Counted from the stretch's first letter, positions 48,558-62,067 are shown. The stretch is DNA of 64,000 nucleotides from Adineta vaga (GCA_021613535.1 CP075494.1:3038001-3102000); one strand, 5' to 3'. Notes: generated by a model not told the origin, from the sequence alone. Translations and numbers: made by a program.

Positions 48558-49989
48558 ATGACTATGATAAATATTAATCGTAAAATCACTGATCCGTTTA
48601 ATCGGTATAAGATGCAAAAACTTGTGGTTCAGGTATTATCAATTAAATAAAAGACATTTTTTCGAAGAATTTTCTTTCATATTTTCTAGGTGATATATAC
48701 ATCTAATTGTTTTAAAACGATTTTAGTAAATATATCAGGAGTGGCTAAAGATTTGCATCGTTCACCATTGTGTAAATATTATTCTTCTCAATGAAAATAA
48801 ACAAATAAACTTCTTTTTTTATTAGATTTAACAAAATATTTTGCTTTTGAATTAAGCACATCAATGAGATTTGATGAGAAATCAAATCTATATACTCTTA
48901 ATGGAGATTATCATCGAAATAAATTACAAGATTTATTAGATAATTTTATTCGTCAATTTGTATTATGTCGTTTTTGTGAGAATCCAGAAACAGACTTAGT
49001 AAGTAAACTCATCATTGAATAGAAGAAACAATATATTCTGTCATATTAGAATCGTGATGAAAAAAATTCTGATAAAATTCATCAACGATGTTATGCTTGT
49101 GGAAATACCAGTGCAATTAAAACGAATTGTCATAAATTCGTTAAATTTATTTTAAAAAATTGGTCACAGGAAAATAATAATCCATATGAATTAGAAACAA
49201 CGAACATTTTCGAAAAAGAAGTAAGAATCTATTTACTTGAAATTTATATTTACCAAGTTCTTTTAGAATATTTCATTAAATGAGCCTGCGCTAAGCAACG
49301 ACTGGGATAATGAAAATGATGATTTATCATCATTTGAAACAAATTGTGAAGAATTTATTTCTTTATTTCAAGTTCGTTTTTTTTATAAATAATTCATTTC
49401 ATATCGAACAAAATATTTTAGAAAAAAAAATTTTCAAATCAATTAATCGATCTGAATTCAATTGAAGAATTGATCAATGAAGCTGAAAGATTACAAATCA
49501 TGTCAAAAGCTCCATTTTATATTGCAAAATATTTATTTACCGATGAAATTCTCAAAGAAATTGATCAATATGAAATGTTATTTTATCAAGTAGTTTCTTT
49601 TTCTTTAACAAAATTTCTATTTTATTCAAATAATATTTTTTCAATAGTTTTCTACAAATAGTAATGAAGGACAATATTCTTTATTAGATGGAATTGAAAT
49701 AATTATTTCTTCAAATGAAAACTTATTGAATGAAAATGAAATTTCAAAGATCTTTTATAAATTATATGAAAAAAATCTTGTTTTTGAAGAGATTTTTTTC
49801 GATTGGTATGAAAAGGTAAATTGTAAAGAAGAAATAGTTCTTTTGAATTTCTATTTATATAATTCGTAGGAATCGACTAGAACTATTCAAAAAACAATTG
49901 AAACCGATATTCATGAATACGCAAAAGGATTTATCAATTGGTTACGAACAGCCGAAGAAATAAATGATGATGATGATGATGAGAAATGA
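48558..49989 (+). CDS. eIF5: Divergent eukaryotic translation initiation factor 5 paralogue, about 8 exons
   Basis: The spliced translation gives ININRKITDPFNRYKM, KTILVN..VAKDLHRSP.YLTKYF, NKLQDLLDNFIRQFVLCRFCENPETDL, CYACG and the C-terminal W2 motif FINWLRTAEE. Confidence 0.85.
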
Positions 49990-50157
49990 CTTCTAAACAG
50001 TTTAAAAATGTAATCTTGAATTATTTGAATAAAAGTTTTCTTTTTCATAACAGTTTCTCAGAAACATGCAATACCAGTTTCATATGCAGGATTAACTGTT
50101 ACCCATTAATATTACTAATGACTTTGTATTAACTTTGCCTCGCCGCAACTAGGTTCT

Positions 50158-50227
50158 ATAGGATATGATGGTATGGGTGTAGCTACTGAGTCTCTTCCAA
50201 GCTCGTCCACCCACCCACACCCTTATA
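50158..50227. repeat. Telomere-like hairpin element between convergent genes
   Basis: ATAGGATATGATGGTATGGGTG...CCACCCACCCACACCCTTAT. Confidence 0.65.
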
Positions 50228-50363
50228 TTTAATTACTTTCAAAATATTTTAAATCATATATAAAACTTAAGAAAAAAGCTTCTTTATCATGAAAGGAATT
50301 GATTCATTGATGTTAGAATGTCAAATTTGAAGAATAAATATTCATGCGAAAACCATAATAATT

Positions 50364-51208
50364 CTATGCCGTCGAATATATTTTTTTGAACGGTTTGGTG
50401 CTGTTTTGGTGATAGATTAAATTTTGATTTTGATTCAATTGAACAAAATCCTGTTGAGGTTGACGTCCGTCATGATGTTGTGCATCACCTAAAAAGGCAT
50501 CAATAGTTTAATTGTTCTTACGATTTAATATTTAAAATCTTTCAAGAAATTCTTTTCGAAGAAAATGACTTACCCGTAGAATTCAGCATTCCAACAGCAA
50601 ATAGGGGATGATATTGTCCTGATTGTGAAAGTGGTCTTAATTTGTCCGATATCTTCGCTGTTTTACGAGTAAAATTGGACAAATTAAACTGACAGGTAAC
50701 AATACCATCCATAAATTTTGAAGGTAAAGGTGTAAATACACCACCTTGTTCTGATCCAGCTGGTACAGGAGGATGATGATCTTGAGGATTCACAAATCGT
50801 CCTATACTAATTGTATCATTAGCAAATCGTTTACACATAAACACATGAGCTTCACCCTAAAAATGGGAATTTTATTTCTATACGTACAATACACATTTGA
50901 GAAAATATAATCATTTGAAAGAGAGAAAAACATTGTATGTTTCTAGGCTCTTTTCTATTTACCATAGATTGATGTTGTCCGAGGCCCATAGCAGCATATT
51001 GTGATGATTGAAGATTTTTAATAGCTATCACAACATTTGTAACATTGATACCACTACTAAATATCCATGTTACATTAACAGTCACATTATTAGCATATAA
51101 AAGAGGATTTTGCACTATTTTCATGGAAATTATTGTATCATCCAATGAAACTGTTTTTCCATCACTGGACGATGAAAATATGAGTAAAAAGGCAAAGAAA
51201 AATATCAT
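50364..51208 (-). CDS. Secreted DOMON-domain protein (truncated FRRS1/SDR2-like), 3 exons; possibly a pseudogene
   Basis: Signal peptide; YAAMGLG...M|GEAHVFMC; DGIVTCQF. Introns 50962-50857 and 50573-50489. An out-of-frame H.IIMVFA(W>stop) after the end resembles the start of a cytochrome b561 domain. Confidence 0.6.
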
Positions 51209-51742
51209 CTAAAATACAAAAAGAATATTTGAGTTTGATTTCATGTCCATGGATATGCACAGAAAATATCTATTCATTGATTATAAATATGAGAATAGAA
51301 TAAGAATAAGTTGTTTTTGATATAACTAAAAATAAAAGTAATACACAGTTTGTCCTTCTATTTCATTATTCTTTACAATGTACTTGCATCGTAATATGAT
51401 AGAAATATTTTTTCAATATCATATAGTAAATATACAGGTGAGTTAATGTCATAAAAATTTATCGTTTTAACGATTCGATAGTGATGATGCGCTTAAAAAG
51501 AATGATAACGACAGACTAACTTTAGTTTCTTTGATAATGCAACATGAATTTTCATATTTAAAATGATATAAAACGTTCTTACATATAACTGTGGCAAAGT
51601 TTTCAAGAAAATGATCACATAGGAATACTAAAGATGAGAAGAATTTTCTGAGAATTCACATTCACTCTAACAGAAAGATTATAAATCAGTAATACAGTCG
51701 AAGAAAGAAAAATGAAATAGATAGTTTAGTATAGTCCTAACA

Positions 51743-51807
51743 ACCATCTTGAGGGTGTGGGTGTAGAGAGCCGACTCCTTCACCCTCACTCGCACCCTCA
51801 AGATGGT
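51743..51807. repeat. Telomere-like hairpin element (best-preserved copy)
   Basis: ACCATCTTGAGGGTG-tgggtgtagagagccgactccttcaccctcactcg-CACCCTCAAGATGGT has a perfect 15-bp terminal stem. Confidence 0.85.
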
Positions 51808-54240
51808 AACTTTGAAGATATTAATAATGAAATCATTTTCTGGTCGTGTGGCTTCGATTTCAGCCTTTTTGAATCTGAATCTACTTTCTACGCGCTCTTC
51901 AAAATCATACTACCCGAAAGATATATTAAATTTGGCAATATGAACATGTAATGCCCGGCGTGACTTCAATGGAATAAAAGTAAATATTCTTTGTCAATGT
52001 CCACGAGCTCCTATCTTTGCTTTTGGTCGTAGTAGCATACAATCTGGTAATAACAAAGGCTCAAATGATGTTCTTGCTACCACAAACTCGCAATCTACGG
52101 CAGCGATCTCTGATACCGATGAGAAGGCAGCTTTGCAGGAAGCTCTCAAACGAAATCCAATGTGGATGACCAGTCTCCTAAGAATCAAACAAGTAAAATT
52201 GGGTTCACTTCCACCTTAAACCACCACAACACTTTTGTCTGTCATCAAACACTACATTATCGAGCGTTTTCCTCATCCTAAAGATCTCGTTTATATTTTC
52301 AATGGTAACATTATTGTACTATTCACAAAGCGCAAACACAATAACAAATAAATTTCATGAGTTTGAGCCAACTGGTCCGCTCACAGCGTTTGTACAACTG
52401 TCATCTGACGCAAGAGAAATGTTCAAGATCAAACACGATAAAGTCCTAAATGATACATTCGAAGAAATCGTAAACAAAACCAGTCGTTTACAACAAACGT
52501 AAAAAGCAGATATTTTCCCAGCACTTGCTATATATAAAAACTCGTTATTCTACTAGCTATTAAATAAAATATATTCGAGAACGAAGTAAAGAAGAGAGAA
52601 ACATTTATATTATTCACTTGCAAATTCTGACGATGGGTGTAGAGTGAAGTTGAGACTATCTCTTCTCTATTTTTATCTTGTATCACTTTTCTAAAAGTAC
52701 ATTTCTGTTGCAAGTTCTTCCTTCTGTGCCATTCGCTCATTTATTTAAATATATCAACAGCAAAATCGACTGTTTGGAATAGGCGAAAGTGACATAGAGC
52801 GATCAAAAGCATATATTCACTTTATCATGTTCTGTCACTACCACTAATACTGAATACTTTGAATTTAATAAATATTTCTTCTAGATAGAATTAATTTCAA
52901 CTGAATTATTAAAGAAAACAAAATTGAAAATTGGTCGCTGGAAGTTTTGTTCATTATGAAAAAGAGTGTGATTATAAAATAACCAGTCTTATGTAATTTG
53001 TGTATTTAATCATTTTGACAAAACCGATTTAAGGATTGAAAAGTAAAATACAAAGATTTACTATTTAACATATTCCATGTGTCAGTAAAATTGCGCACGA
53101 AAAAAAGTTTTCTTGAAAATTCTATTATCATGATATTAATTGAAGAGTAATCAGCTAGTACAGAAAAATAGAGAATTGTTTTCTCTATCATTATGTAGAA
53201 AAAGAAATTTTTTTTAATATTTTTCTTAGGGATATTCGAGACTGACGTCATTACTTTTTGTATAGTCTAAGAAAAATAAAGTTACGCACAAAAAAATAAG
53301 ATATAGAAAAAAATGTCGTAAAAAGTATAGAAAGAAAAAGAAAATGTCAGTAGTAAAGCTTAGAATTATCTTTTACTGTAATACCGAAATAAGAAGAAGA
53401 CAAGCAATTCTTACTTAATGAGTAGTAAATAAGAACGATTCTTTTTTATCACCTAAAATATCATTAAACTACTGTATTTTTTCGGTACAGTGTAAATACA
53501 ATACTGCTTCGAATCATAAGTAAGTTGAGTATTTTACTTTTAATAAAGGTATTTCATATGATAAGTTCTGTACAAAAGAAATATATTTGAAGTTACAATT
53601 TCCTTTGTTGTCCATGATAAAAACTATCGTTACATAACTATCATACTCCAATGGTATTTTCAACTTTCCGAGCTTATGTAATATAGTCATAGACTTGACT
53701 GATCTTCCTGAAATTTGACTGAAGCTAGGGCACACGAATGTATATCATAGGTAAATATTTTACTTTCTTCCAGAGAAAATTACACTATTTATATTACCAC
53801 CAAATGTCGATTACTACTTTTCTCACAAATCTTCCTAATTGAAATCCGTACGAAGATATGATTTTCAAGCACAGTTCAATCTCACGAAAGGATTTTTCTA
53901 ATGTGCAATACGAATGCAATAGCTGAATTTAATAGAACATAAACTGTACACCATGTATCTCGTGTCATATACACTTTCAAGATGATTTTGTTTTTATGTA
54001 GGAAATACTTTAAAAAGATGTAAAAATGTCCCTCTGATATGTGTATCGTACTTGTTTCAATCTGTATAATCTGAGAGGAGAAGAATTATTAGTAGATATG
54101 ATTAACATGTCATTTTGTATAAGTGGCAAATGTATGATATTATTCAGTAGAGGTCCTTATCATTCATATACGAACTGAAAATTATATTATTCTATTGTCA
54201 TATTTAGACTGAATGTATATGAGATAATTCAATTATTAAC

Positions 54241-55294
54241 ATGTCGTCGATCGATCAAATCATTCAGCAAATAAATACAATAACAACGGTAATTATTTCC
54301 GTTGTATACTGTATCAATTACATATTAGGTGTGATTGGTCTTACATTCAACGTCTTGGTTTTCACTCGTCCATCTTTACGCCGAACACCATGTTCAATCT
54401 ATTTTTTATCATCCACATTTTATAATTTCTTTGTTATATTGATCATAATTCCCATCCGTTTGCTTTTAAATAATTTCAATATAGATTTGGCAACTTACAA
54501 CGGTGGATATTGTAAAATACAATATATGGCTTTTTATTCCACACGTGCATTATCATGTTGGTTAATTAGTATGGCATGTATCGATCGATATTTACATAGT
54601 TCACAAAATATATCTATTCGTCGTATGAGTTCATTAAAAACTGCAAGATTATTTGTTGGAATAATTAGCATTGTAATTCCTATTCTATATTGTCATATGA
54701 TTATTTTTTATAATCTAATACAAGTAAAGAAACCATCTGGAATTCTGGTATATTCATGTAGTATTCAAAATGATATTTATTCTACATTTATTACAACATG
54801 GCATTTATTTCTCTATTCATTATGTCCATCATTTTTAATGCTTATTTTTGGTTGTCTTACATTGAAAAGTATTCGTTTACGTCGAAATCATTCCACAAAA
54901 TATTAATAACAATCAGATTACTCAACGAAGAAGCAATGAACTCTTACGTATGTTAACAGCTCAAGTACTTGTAATTATCATTTGTAGTGCAGCGAACTCT
55001 ATCTATCAGCTTTATGCCTTATGGACCAGTAGTATGACTAAGAATACACTTCAAATTAGTCAAGAAAATGCAGCTGGTAAAATAACTGCTGTATTTTCAT
55101 ATTTTGCTCATTCGACTAGCTTTTATATGTTCACATTAACTGGTGGCATTTTTCGAAAAGAAGTTTGGAAAATTATTGAGCAATATTCGCCATGTAAGCG
55201 AAATCGTACACATAGAACCAATGGTCAAATACATCCTATTTCATCATTACAAAATAATCGACAAATTAATACCATATATTCAACAAGAGTATAG
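54241..55294 (+). pseudogene. Rhodopsin-like GPCR with a frameshift near 54885-54890
   Basis: Colinear with 39686-40684. The frame shifts between RLRR and IIPQNINNNQITQRR. Confidence 0.75.
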
Positions 55295-55915
55295 GACAAC
55301 AACATCATTCATATTACAGTAACAGACACTCGCAAAATAAATGAATAATTGAACTCACCGTCGATGCATTGTGTTATTTGAAGAGTGAAATAGTTCATTT
55401 ATTATTTAATTTTATCAATAAAAACACGATTTTATATTAGTAATAAATATTTCTTCATTAAAGCTTGAAGATAAATACATGGAGTTTATAGCTTTGATTA
55501 GAGCAAGGAATGTATAACGAGTGAAGACTCAGCAGCAGTGTGTAATCTATTGTCCACTGCAAAATTCTTGTAGAATAAAACACAAAAAAAAACAAATTAT
55601 AACTATATCCATGTAATACTGAAATACGGTTTAAACGCATCCTACAGGAGCATTTGCTATAAAGATAAAACTATGAATTTAGAAAATAGTTTTTGCGTTT
55701 GTTTCAATAAACTTGAGGATTGTTATCGATTAAATACGACTCATCAAATATAATAGGACTCAAGAAAATAGTATGTTTATCAATGAAGAGCATTCACATG
55801 ATTCTCATTTTTGTTTGTTTTTTATTTAATATTTGGAAAATAAAGATTATCTGTTGACCCACATGTGTTGCTTGCATTAAAAAATCATGGTTTTATTGTG
55901 GAACATCTCTCAATT

Positions 55916-56932
55916 TTAAATCTTAAAATCGTAAAGTCTCCAAAGTTCGTAGAATTTGATGAAATTGCTTGTGAAAACGGTTTTAATAAATTCGTAAAGA
56001 TCATATTCATTTGCGAGTGCGGCACGTAAGAGTATCTGCGATGTTTTCGAAAGATTTCTATCACTACTTCTGTTTAATCGTACATTTTCTTTTTTCATTC
56101 CATTGGAGATGTATAAGAGACGGACATTTGCGAAATATTTTGGTAGCAAGTGTTCAAGAACAAACAGAAAATTGTATAACTCTTCAACAATGCCAACTAC
56201 TGTATAATAATCAATAATATTTTGCTTTGCTTTTTCCAATGCATATGTCTTATTCTGTTCACAGGCTGCTTCATTACCACAAAAGAATGGGATCACTGGA
56301 CTAACACCATGTGATGCATCAATACATTCACTAGCCGACCTCCGTTCAACACATTCATTAAGCGTTTCGTTGACAAAAGTTGTATTGAAGTAACATCGAC
56401 GTTCATCGATACATGTACTACGTGAGTAGTAATAGGAGGATATAACTTGCTGTAAAGGATCTCGAATAACATTAATATAAACAGGTTGTGGTTTTTGAAA
56501 AACGTCAAAGTTAATGAAATACATGTGGCGCTCATATATAACTGGAAGTTTAGCATCTTCAAATTCTGATACCACTTCTTGTTGCACATTGAAAGGAAGT
56601 AGAAATGGAACATAGATATTTTTATTTAGTATTGTGTATCTACGCTTCTCAGCCTGTTGACGAAAGAGATAACGAAGTGTGGTACCTGCTGCTTTTGGAA
56701 CACGATTATATATAAGATGTTCAGGGTATCCTTTCACTTTCAATAGTGATGATGTATGAGAAGAGTTTTCAGTTTTAAGATAATTTTCATTTAATCCTAG
56801 TTTACACGATAGAATAGAATTCACAGATAATATGTCATTTGTAGATGCATTTGGAGCAACACAATGATTAGTTAAGCCGATGTTGTAGAACCACAGAATG
56901 CTAATAAAATGCGTTACAACTAGAAAACGCAT
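55916..56932 (-). CDS. Heparan sulfate / uronyl 2-O-sulfotransferase-like Golgi enzyme
   Basis: N-terminal anchor, YNRVPKAAGTT, ERHMYFINF, YINVIRDP...ISSYYY, PFFCG, ALEKAK, VGIVEEL, NEYDLYEF. Confidence 0.85.
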   Translation of the reverse strand: MRFLVVTHFISILWFYNIGLTNHCVAPNASTNDILSVNSILSCKLGLNENYLKTENSSHTSSLLKVKGYPEHLIYNRVPKAAGTTLRYLFRQQAEKRRYTILNKNIYVPFLLPFNVQQEVVSEFEDAKLPVIYERHMYFINFDVFQKPQPVYINVIRDPLQQVISSYYYSRSTCIDERRCYFNTTFVNETLNECVERRSASECIDASHGVSPVIPFFCGNEAACEQNKTYALEKAKQNIIDYYTVVGIVEELYNFLFVLEHLLPKYFANVRLLYISNGMKKENVRLNRSSDRNLSKTSQILLRAALANEYDLYEFIKTVFTSNFIKFYELWRLYDFKI

Positions 56933-58828
56933 TGAACAGATACAGTTCCTGATAGTTAACGTGATATGTCCTTGTTTGCCAAAACAACTACTTTGTACGA
57001 TTCACATACAACGGTCTATTATATTTCAATCTGAATTTAGAAAAAAAACCAAACTTGATTAAAAATCGAAATAATAATAGTCTGTACTTAATGGGATTTT
57101 GCTTGAAATCAGATTATCCATCTAATGGAGTTTTACCGAACCAAAAAAGGATCTTTCTACAGATAAATCGGAAGATTCTTTTTGGGTTTCGACAATCGTT
57201 AAATCTAAGTACGAAAGGATTTCCCAAAAATACTAAATATTTTCATGGACGTTAAATTATGTAAGAATTAAAATATTGCCTATAACCGATCAAGATAGAG
57301 AAAAAAAAGTAAAAGAATGCATTACCTTCCAGTATAAACGAATGCAAAAAATGACTAAAATTCCGAGTTTCAAACATTTATGACCATTTTTTCCGTTCTG
57401 ATCATTGATGCATAAATCGATGTTTTTGTTGTAGCAAAAAAATAAGTAAGCAATCACAGATTATAAATGAGTAAAGACACCTTTTGGTCACATTTATAAT
57501 GTGCATGAAAAAAATACAACACTCGGAATAAAATATAACGAATGCATATCATTTTCGTTCTTTACTTCTGTAATCATTCATATGTAGATGACATTATTTT
57601 CGGTTTCATAAAAAAATAAACAAATATCTCACAGACGAGCTTGTATGAACATCGTATTTTTCATTAGAGTATGTGTTTAATTCATATTAAAAAGAGAAAA
57701 ACAAAATACATCAGTCAACTCTCTCATTTTAATAAAATGCGTCAATATAATTAGATATGAGACCATCAAATGATACTATCGTCGACTTTTATATTATAGA
57801 CCACGGTTATATGTTGCTGTACATTTGACTAATGCAACAAATAGAATATTCCACGATATTCAGCCACTTTATATACTAGTGTTTTGAAGTTATCTGAAAG
57901 TTTCTAGGGTTTTGTATACCATAGGAAAGTATTGAAACAACTATAATCAGTTTTCGAAAATTCCTTAATATAGAGTATGGAAAAATTTTCCATCTTGACT
58001 ATCATACATATTCTGAAAGCTGCTAACTCAGTGTACATTTTGACTCCAAAATGCTGTAGCTTTGATAGTCTCTCTAGATCCTTTTTCTTTTCCTTCAAAA
58101 GTTCGAATCTCCATAGAGTTGTAAGAGAAAGTGAGTTATGCTTTGTCTATAGCGTCTATATATATTTTTTTTTAAGCCATGCACTTGTTTTTCTAATTTT
58201 CTATTATTCTACTCGTTTTTTTTTCAATATTTGTAACTTCATCAAAGTTCCATAACAAATAGTAATATGATACGAATCGATGAATACATAGTGGACTCCA
58301 TGAGATTCGAAGCGCTACCACTAAGAAATTTAGTTCTACAGTGGAGTCAATAACTTTTTTCTGTACCCATATCTTGTGCTTCTAAATATGAAAAAATATT
58401 TCTCAAAAAGAAGGTGCAAGCGATAAAGATATAACCGCATTCTTCCTCATACCCAAATTTTAACTTCTTAAACAACTTTGGAAATTACCAAGTTAAAATG
58501 ATTTATACTGACTGAATTTCGAGAAATCTGTGACGATGTATTTTTACGACAATAAAATAAACGTATATGTTTGCAAACTAATAGCAATAAAACTGATAAA
58601 ATTTCTCCGAATAAGTAAAGGAATAAGTTACCTATATAAATGAAAAAAAACATTGCAAAGAACGAAATTGATTTTTATTAAATTTCGTAACATATTTAGT
58701 AAGCATTATATTAAAACTTATTTCTGGATCGTTTTTCTAACAATTACGTAGAAAATTTCAATCGATATTGAAGTTTATCATACCACATTATAGAAACTCA
58801 TATTTACTGATTTTTTATAAAAAATATA

Positions 58829-59819
58829 ATGAGTTGCTGTAAAGTATTTGGCGCACTTGTCGGTATTGTATGTCTTTTAATACTATATGCTGTTTTCTTT
58901 GCGGCACTTATCATTGGTGCATCTCGTATAAATGCATGTCCAGCTGAACCCCGATTGCCTATATGGTTGATCATCTTTGGCAGTCTTGGTATTGCATTTG
59001 GTATTTATGTAATCAGTCAAATGGTAAGTAAATCATTAATTGTTAACTGAAACGAAGAAAAGAGGTATAACGAAACACTTGTTTCCTTTTGAACAGACGC
59101 AATCCGATTTCATACTAAATCAAATATTGAGTTTATCACTTCTGATGAAATAATTACGACGGAAGAAAACCTTAATAATAGTGGGATAGATATTCCACAG
59201 ATCATGCTTCAATCTGAAAATAACAATTTGATCTTCATTCTTATTTTTAGTTAATTTGCAAACATTGTTGCCACGAAGAATATTCTGACAAAATAGAGAT
59301 AACGACCGTTGCGCTCATTATTGTTATTATTATCAACATTATTTTGAGCATTTTGGTACAGTTTAATAAAATTAAGAACTTTTTCTTACTTTTCTTACTT
59401 AATAGGGATTGTCATGGTATGGTAATTCAATTCATTCGGACGGGACACATGAGTAAGCATATTTAATTTAAATGTATAGAAGTAAAAATTCTTGAGATTT
59501 CAGTAGCTCTAAAATTGTTTCATATTTAATGAAACTTACTAATTTTCTAATTCTTCTCTTAACTTTAGTCATTACAGAATTGAGTTTAAGAGACGCGTTG
59601 ACAAATTCTTTCAAAATGTTTTATTCTTTTAGGTGTGATGAACTCGTACGAAAGTTTGTGCAAATCACTGGAGCTGTAGTGTTGTCTGCGCTGGGTTTTG
59701 CAATTTTATCATGCTGTTTTGTCGTAGGCTGTACAATCTGTTGCGAATCTTCAGATACACCTCAGCCAGCGGTTTACAGAGTTAGAGAGAGATGGGTAAA
59801 AGTATGGGAATATTACTAA
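58829..59819 (+). CDS. Multi-exon small multi-pass membrane protein (TMEM272-like)
   Basis: IIGASRINACPAEPRLPIWLIIFGSLG motif. GT-AG boundaries near 59023, 59250, 59356, 59406 and 59632. The last exon has a TM segment and a Cys-rich tail. Confidence 0.55.
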
Positions 59820-60055
59820 CAAGCGCTACTAAAAGACTAATGATATCGAGCATATTTATTATTATTCATTGACTAATTCTTAAATCGCTAATCAACTAAA
59901 TAAAATAGTAGATAATATTCAACTTTTTTACATATACTATTGAAAAAAGAATAGTTCATATAGAATATATTTGTGATTTTTATTTTATTATATCAAAATA
60001 TTTAAAAAAAAAACTGCCAATTCCTAGTAAATTATCAAATGAAGTTCATTTTACT

Positions 60056-60111
60056 AAGAGGGTGGGGGTTTAAATATCTCTTCTCCAAGAACACTCACAC
60101 CCTCACCCACT
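60056..60111. repeat. Telomere-like hairpin element
   Basis: AAGAGGGTGGGGG...atatctcttctc...CACTCACACCCTCACCCAC. Confidence 0.7.
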
Positions 60112-60365
60112 TTTTTTGAAAAAAAATTCAATAAATTGCTTTCTATCTCTATTTAATCAAAGATGCTTATTGATAATAAGCTTGAAAAGAATCCGTTTAT
60201 TTTCAATGTTTGATATGTTTTAAACCATTCATAGTAACTTCGGCACGACATATATATATTATCTTTTCTTTTGTTTTTCTATTTTGTATAAGTGTCTCGT
60301 AAGCCAAACTTCATATTGCTATTGTTTGCTATTACACATTTTTTATCAAATAAAAATATCTACAC

Positions 60366-62067
60366 ATGTCGTCGCCGTCGTTCGGGAGAGCAGTTTCAAA
60401 GGCATTTATAGCAAAATGTTCAAAATGTCGAGTCAAATGTGAGCTCGAAGTTTGTCAAATATGTGATGATGCGAAATGTAAGACATGTGCTACGCAACAT
60501 TTCATTGAAACAGAAGAGAAATGGGAATCGATAGAAATAGCTTTATCTGAAATCAATAATCGACGCAGTAACTTTTAATATATTTATTAAATCGATTGGT
60601 TTTTTTTCGTATTCACATAGAAAAGGATGAGCTGCGTAATCAAAATTCACTCACTGCACTTGCTACAAGTCAAAAACAATTAAATGAAACTTATGAAGCA
60701 ATACTAAATCAATTAAAGAAATCATACGATGAATGTACTAAGGAAATTAACGATTTGTTAAAAATATATAACAAGTGAGTTATTCAATAATGATCATCGT
60801 TGATTTTATAAGAAATTCTCTCATTTTAGAAAAAACCAACAATTGACAAATGAATGGAAATTGTTGGAAACAAATGAAATTTATAAAAGATGGATTGCAA
60901 AGTATTGATTGGATATTTAAAACAAACTTCACAGATATCACAACTATCTATATTTCGTTTGTTTTCAGTGACAAACATTATCTTCTTACAAGCAATTCGA
61001 CAGATTTGGAGATACTTATTGAGCGTATTCAGTATTATTTCAGAGAAGAACCAGATGAAGATGATTTTATTGGAAAAGAAGTTTGATATTCGATCAAACT
61101 AAAACTAATAATGATTTTATATTTTTTCACAGTATGAGTTTATATGCGACGATTCTCTATATCGTATTGGTGCACTATTGAAACGAAGGAAAGATGCTGA
61201 TGAGTATGGTAAGTAGTACTCGATAGTTTTCAAGAAAATCTTGTAAGTTATAGATTCCTGAATATTCTTACCGTTTATTTTTATTTAGTTATTCCTCCGC
61301 GTCGATTAAAATCGCCAGTTCGTCGATTATATCCTGACATTGAAAAACGCATAACTCGTATTACTGATAGTAAACGTACACATGATGATTTATCGGGTGC
61401 ATCGAATGATTCATCATCAAGTCGTGAAACACGTATGGAAATAGCTGCATGGATTGCTGTTTGTCAGTTTGATTGTCGCATCTTTGGTGGTTTTGTACGT
61501 GATTGGATTGTTGGAGGTTATTCCGCAAAACCCACTAGAAATACCTCACTTTTTCCATGGATTACATATACACGCGAACATTACCGAACTCGAAATGTAC
61601 AACCGATACCTCATGTAACTAAAAAATTTGTACCAAATGATATAGATTGTCAATTACCGGATAATGACTTCGACATTGATCGATTTTCGAATGAATTACG
61701 AAAATATGGAATTCAATGCGGGCGTTTAATTAGAACACAAACTGGTTTTGTGTTACTGTTAAATGAAGATCATGGCCCATTTACAATGGATTTGATTGTA
61801 CCAAAACGTGTTTTAAAATCTCGGAAATATAGTATTCTTGATATGGATGTTAATAATTTATACGTAGAAAAAGATTATTTATGTGAATTAGGATTACGTT
61901 GGAGTCCAAATCATACCCAAGGATCCAGGCTATATGATCTGGAAACAATTGTTAGAAATATTAAAAATAAAAAATTTATGGTGCTAAGTTCAAATGATAT
62001 AAAAGATCGTACAACGAAAATGTTCGATCGTGGTTGGACACAATTCGAACGGGAGGGTTGGATATGA
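60366..62067 (+). CDS. B-box/Zn-finger + coiled coil + class-II-type (CCA/poly(A) polymerase head-like) nucleotidyltransferase, about 6 exons
   Basis: N-terminal CSKC...CQIC...CKTC..QH and a coiled coil. Exons splice in frame to RIFGGFVRDW, NDIDC, FTMDL and DMDVNNLY. Confidence 0.7.

Noticed and set aside
53514-53735. Possible F-box/LRR relic
   Set aside because: Similarity too weak to support.
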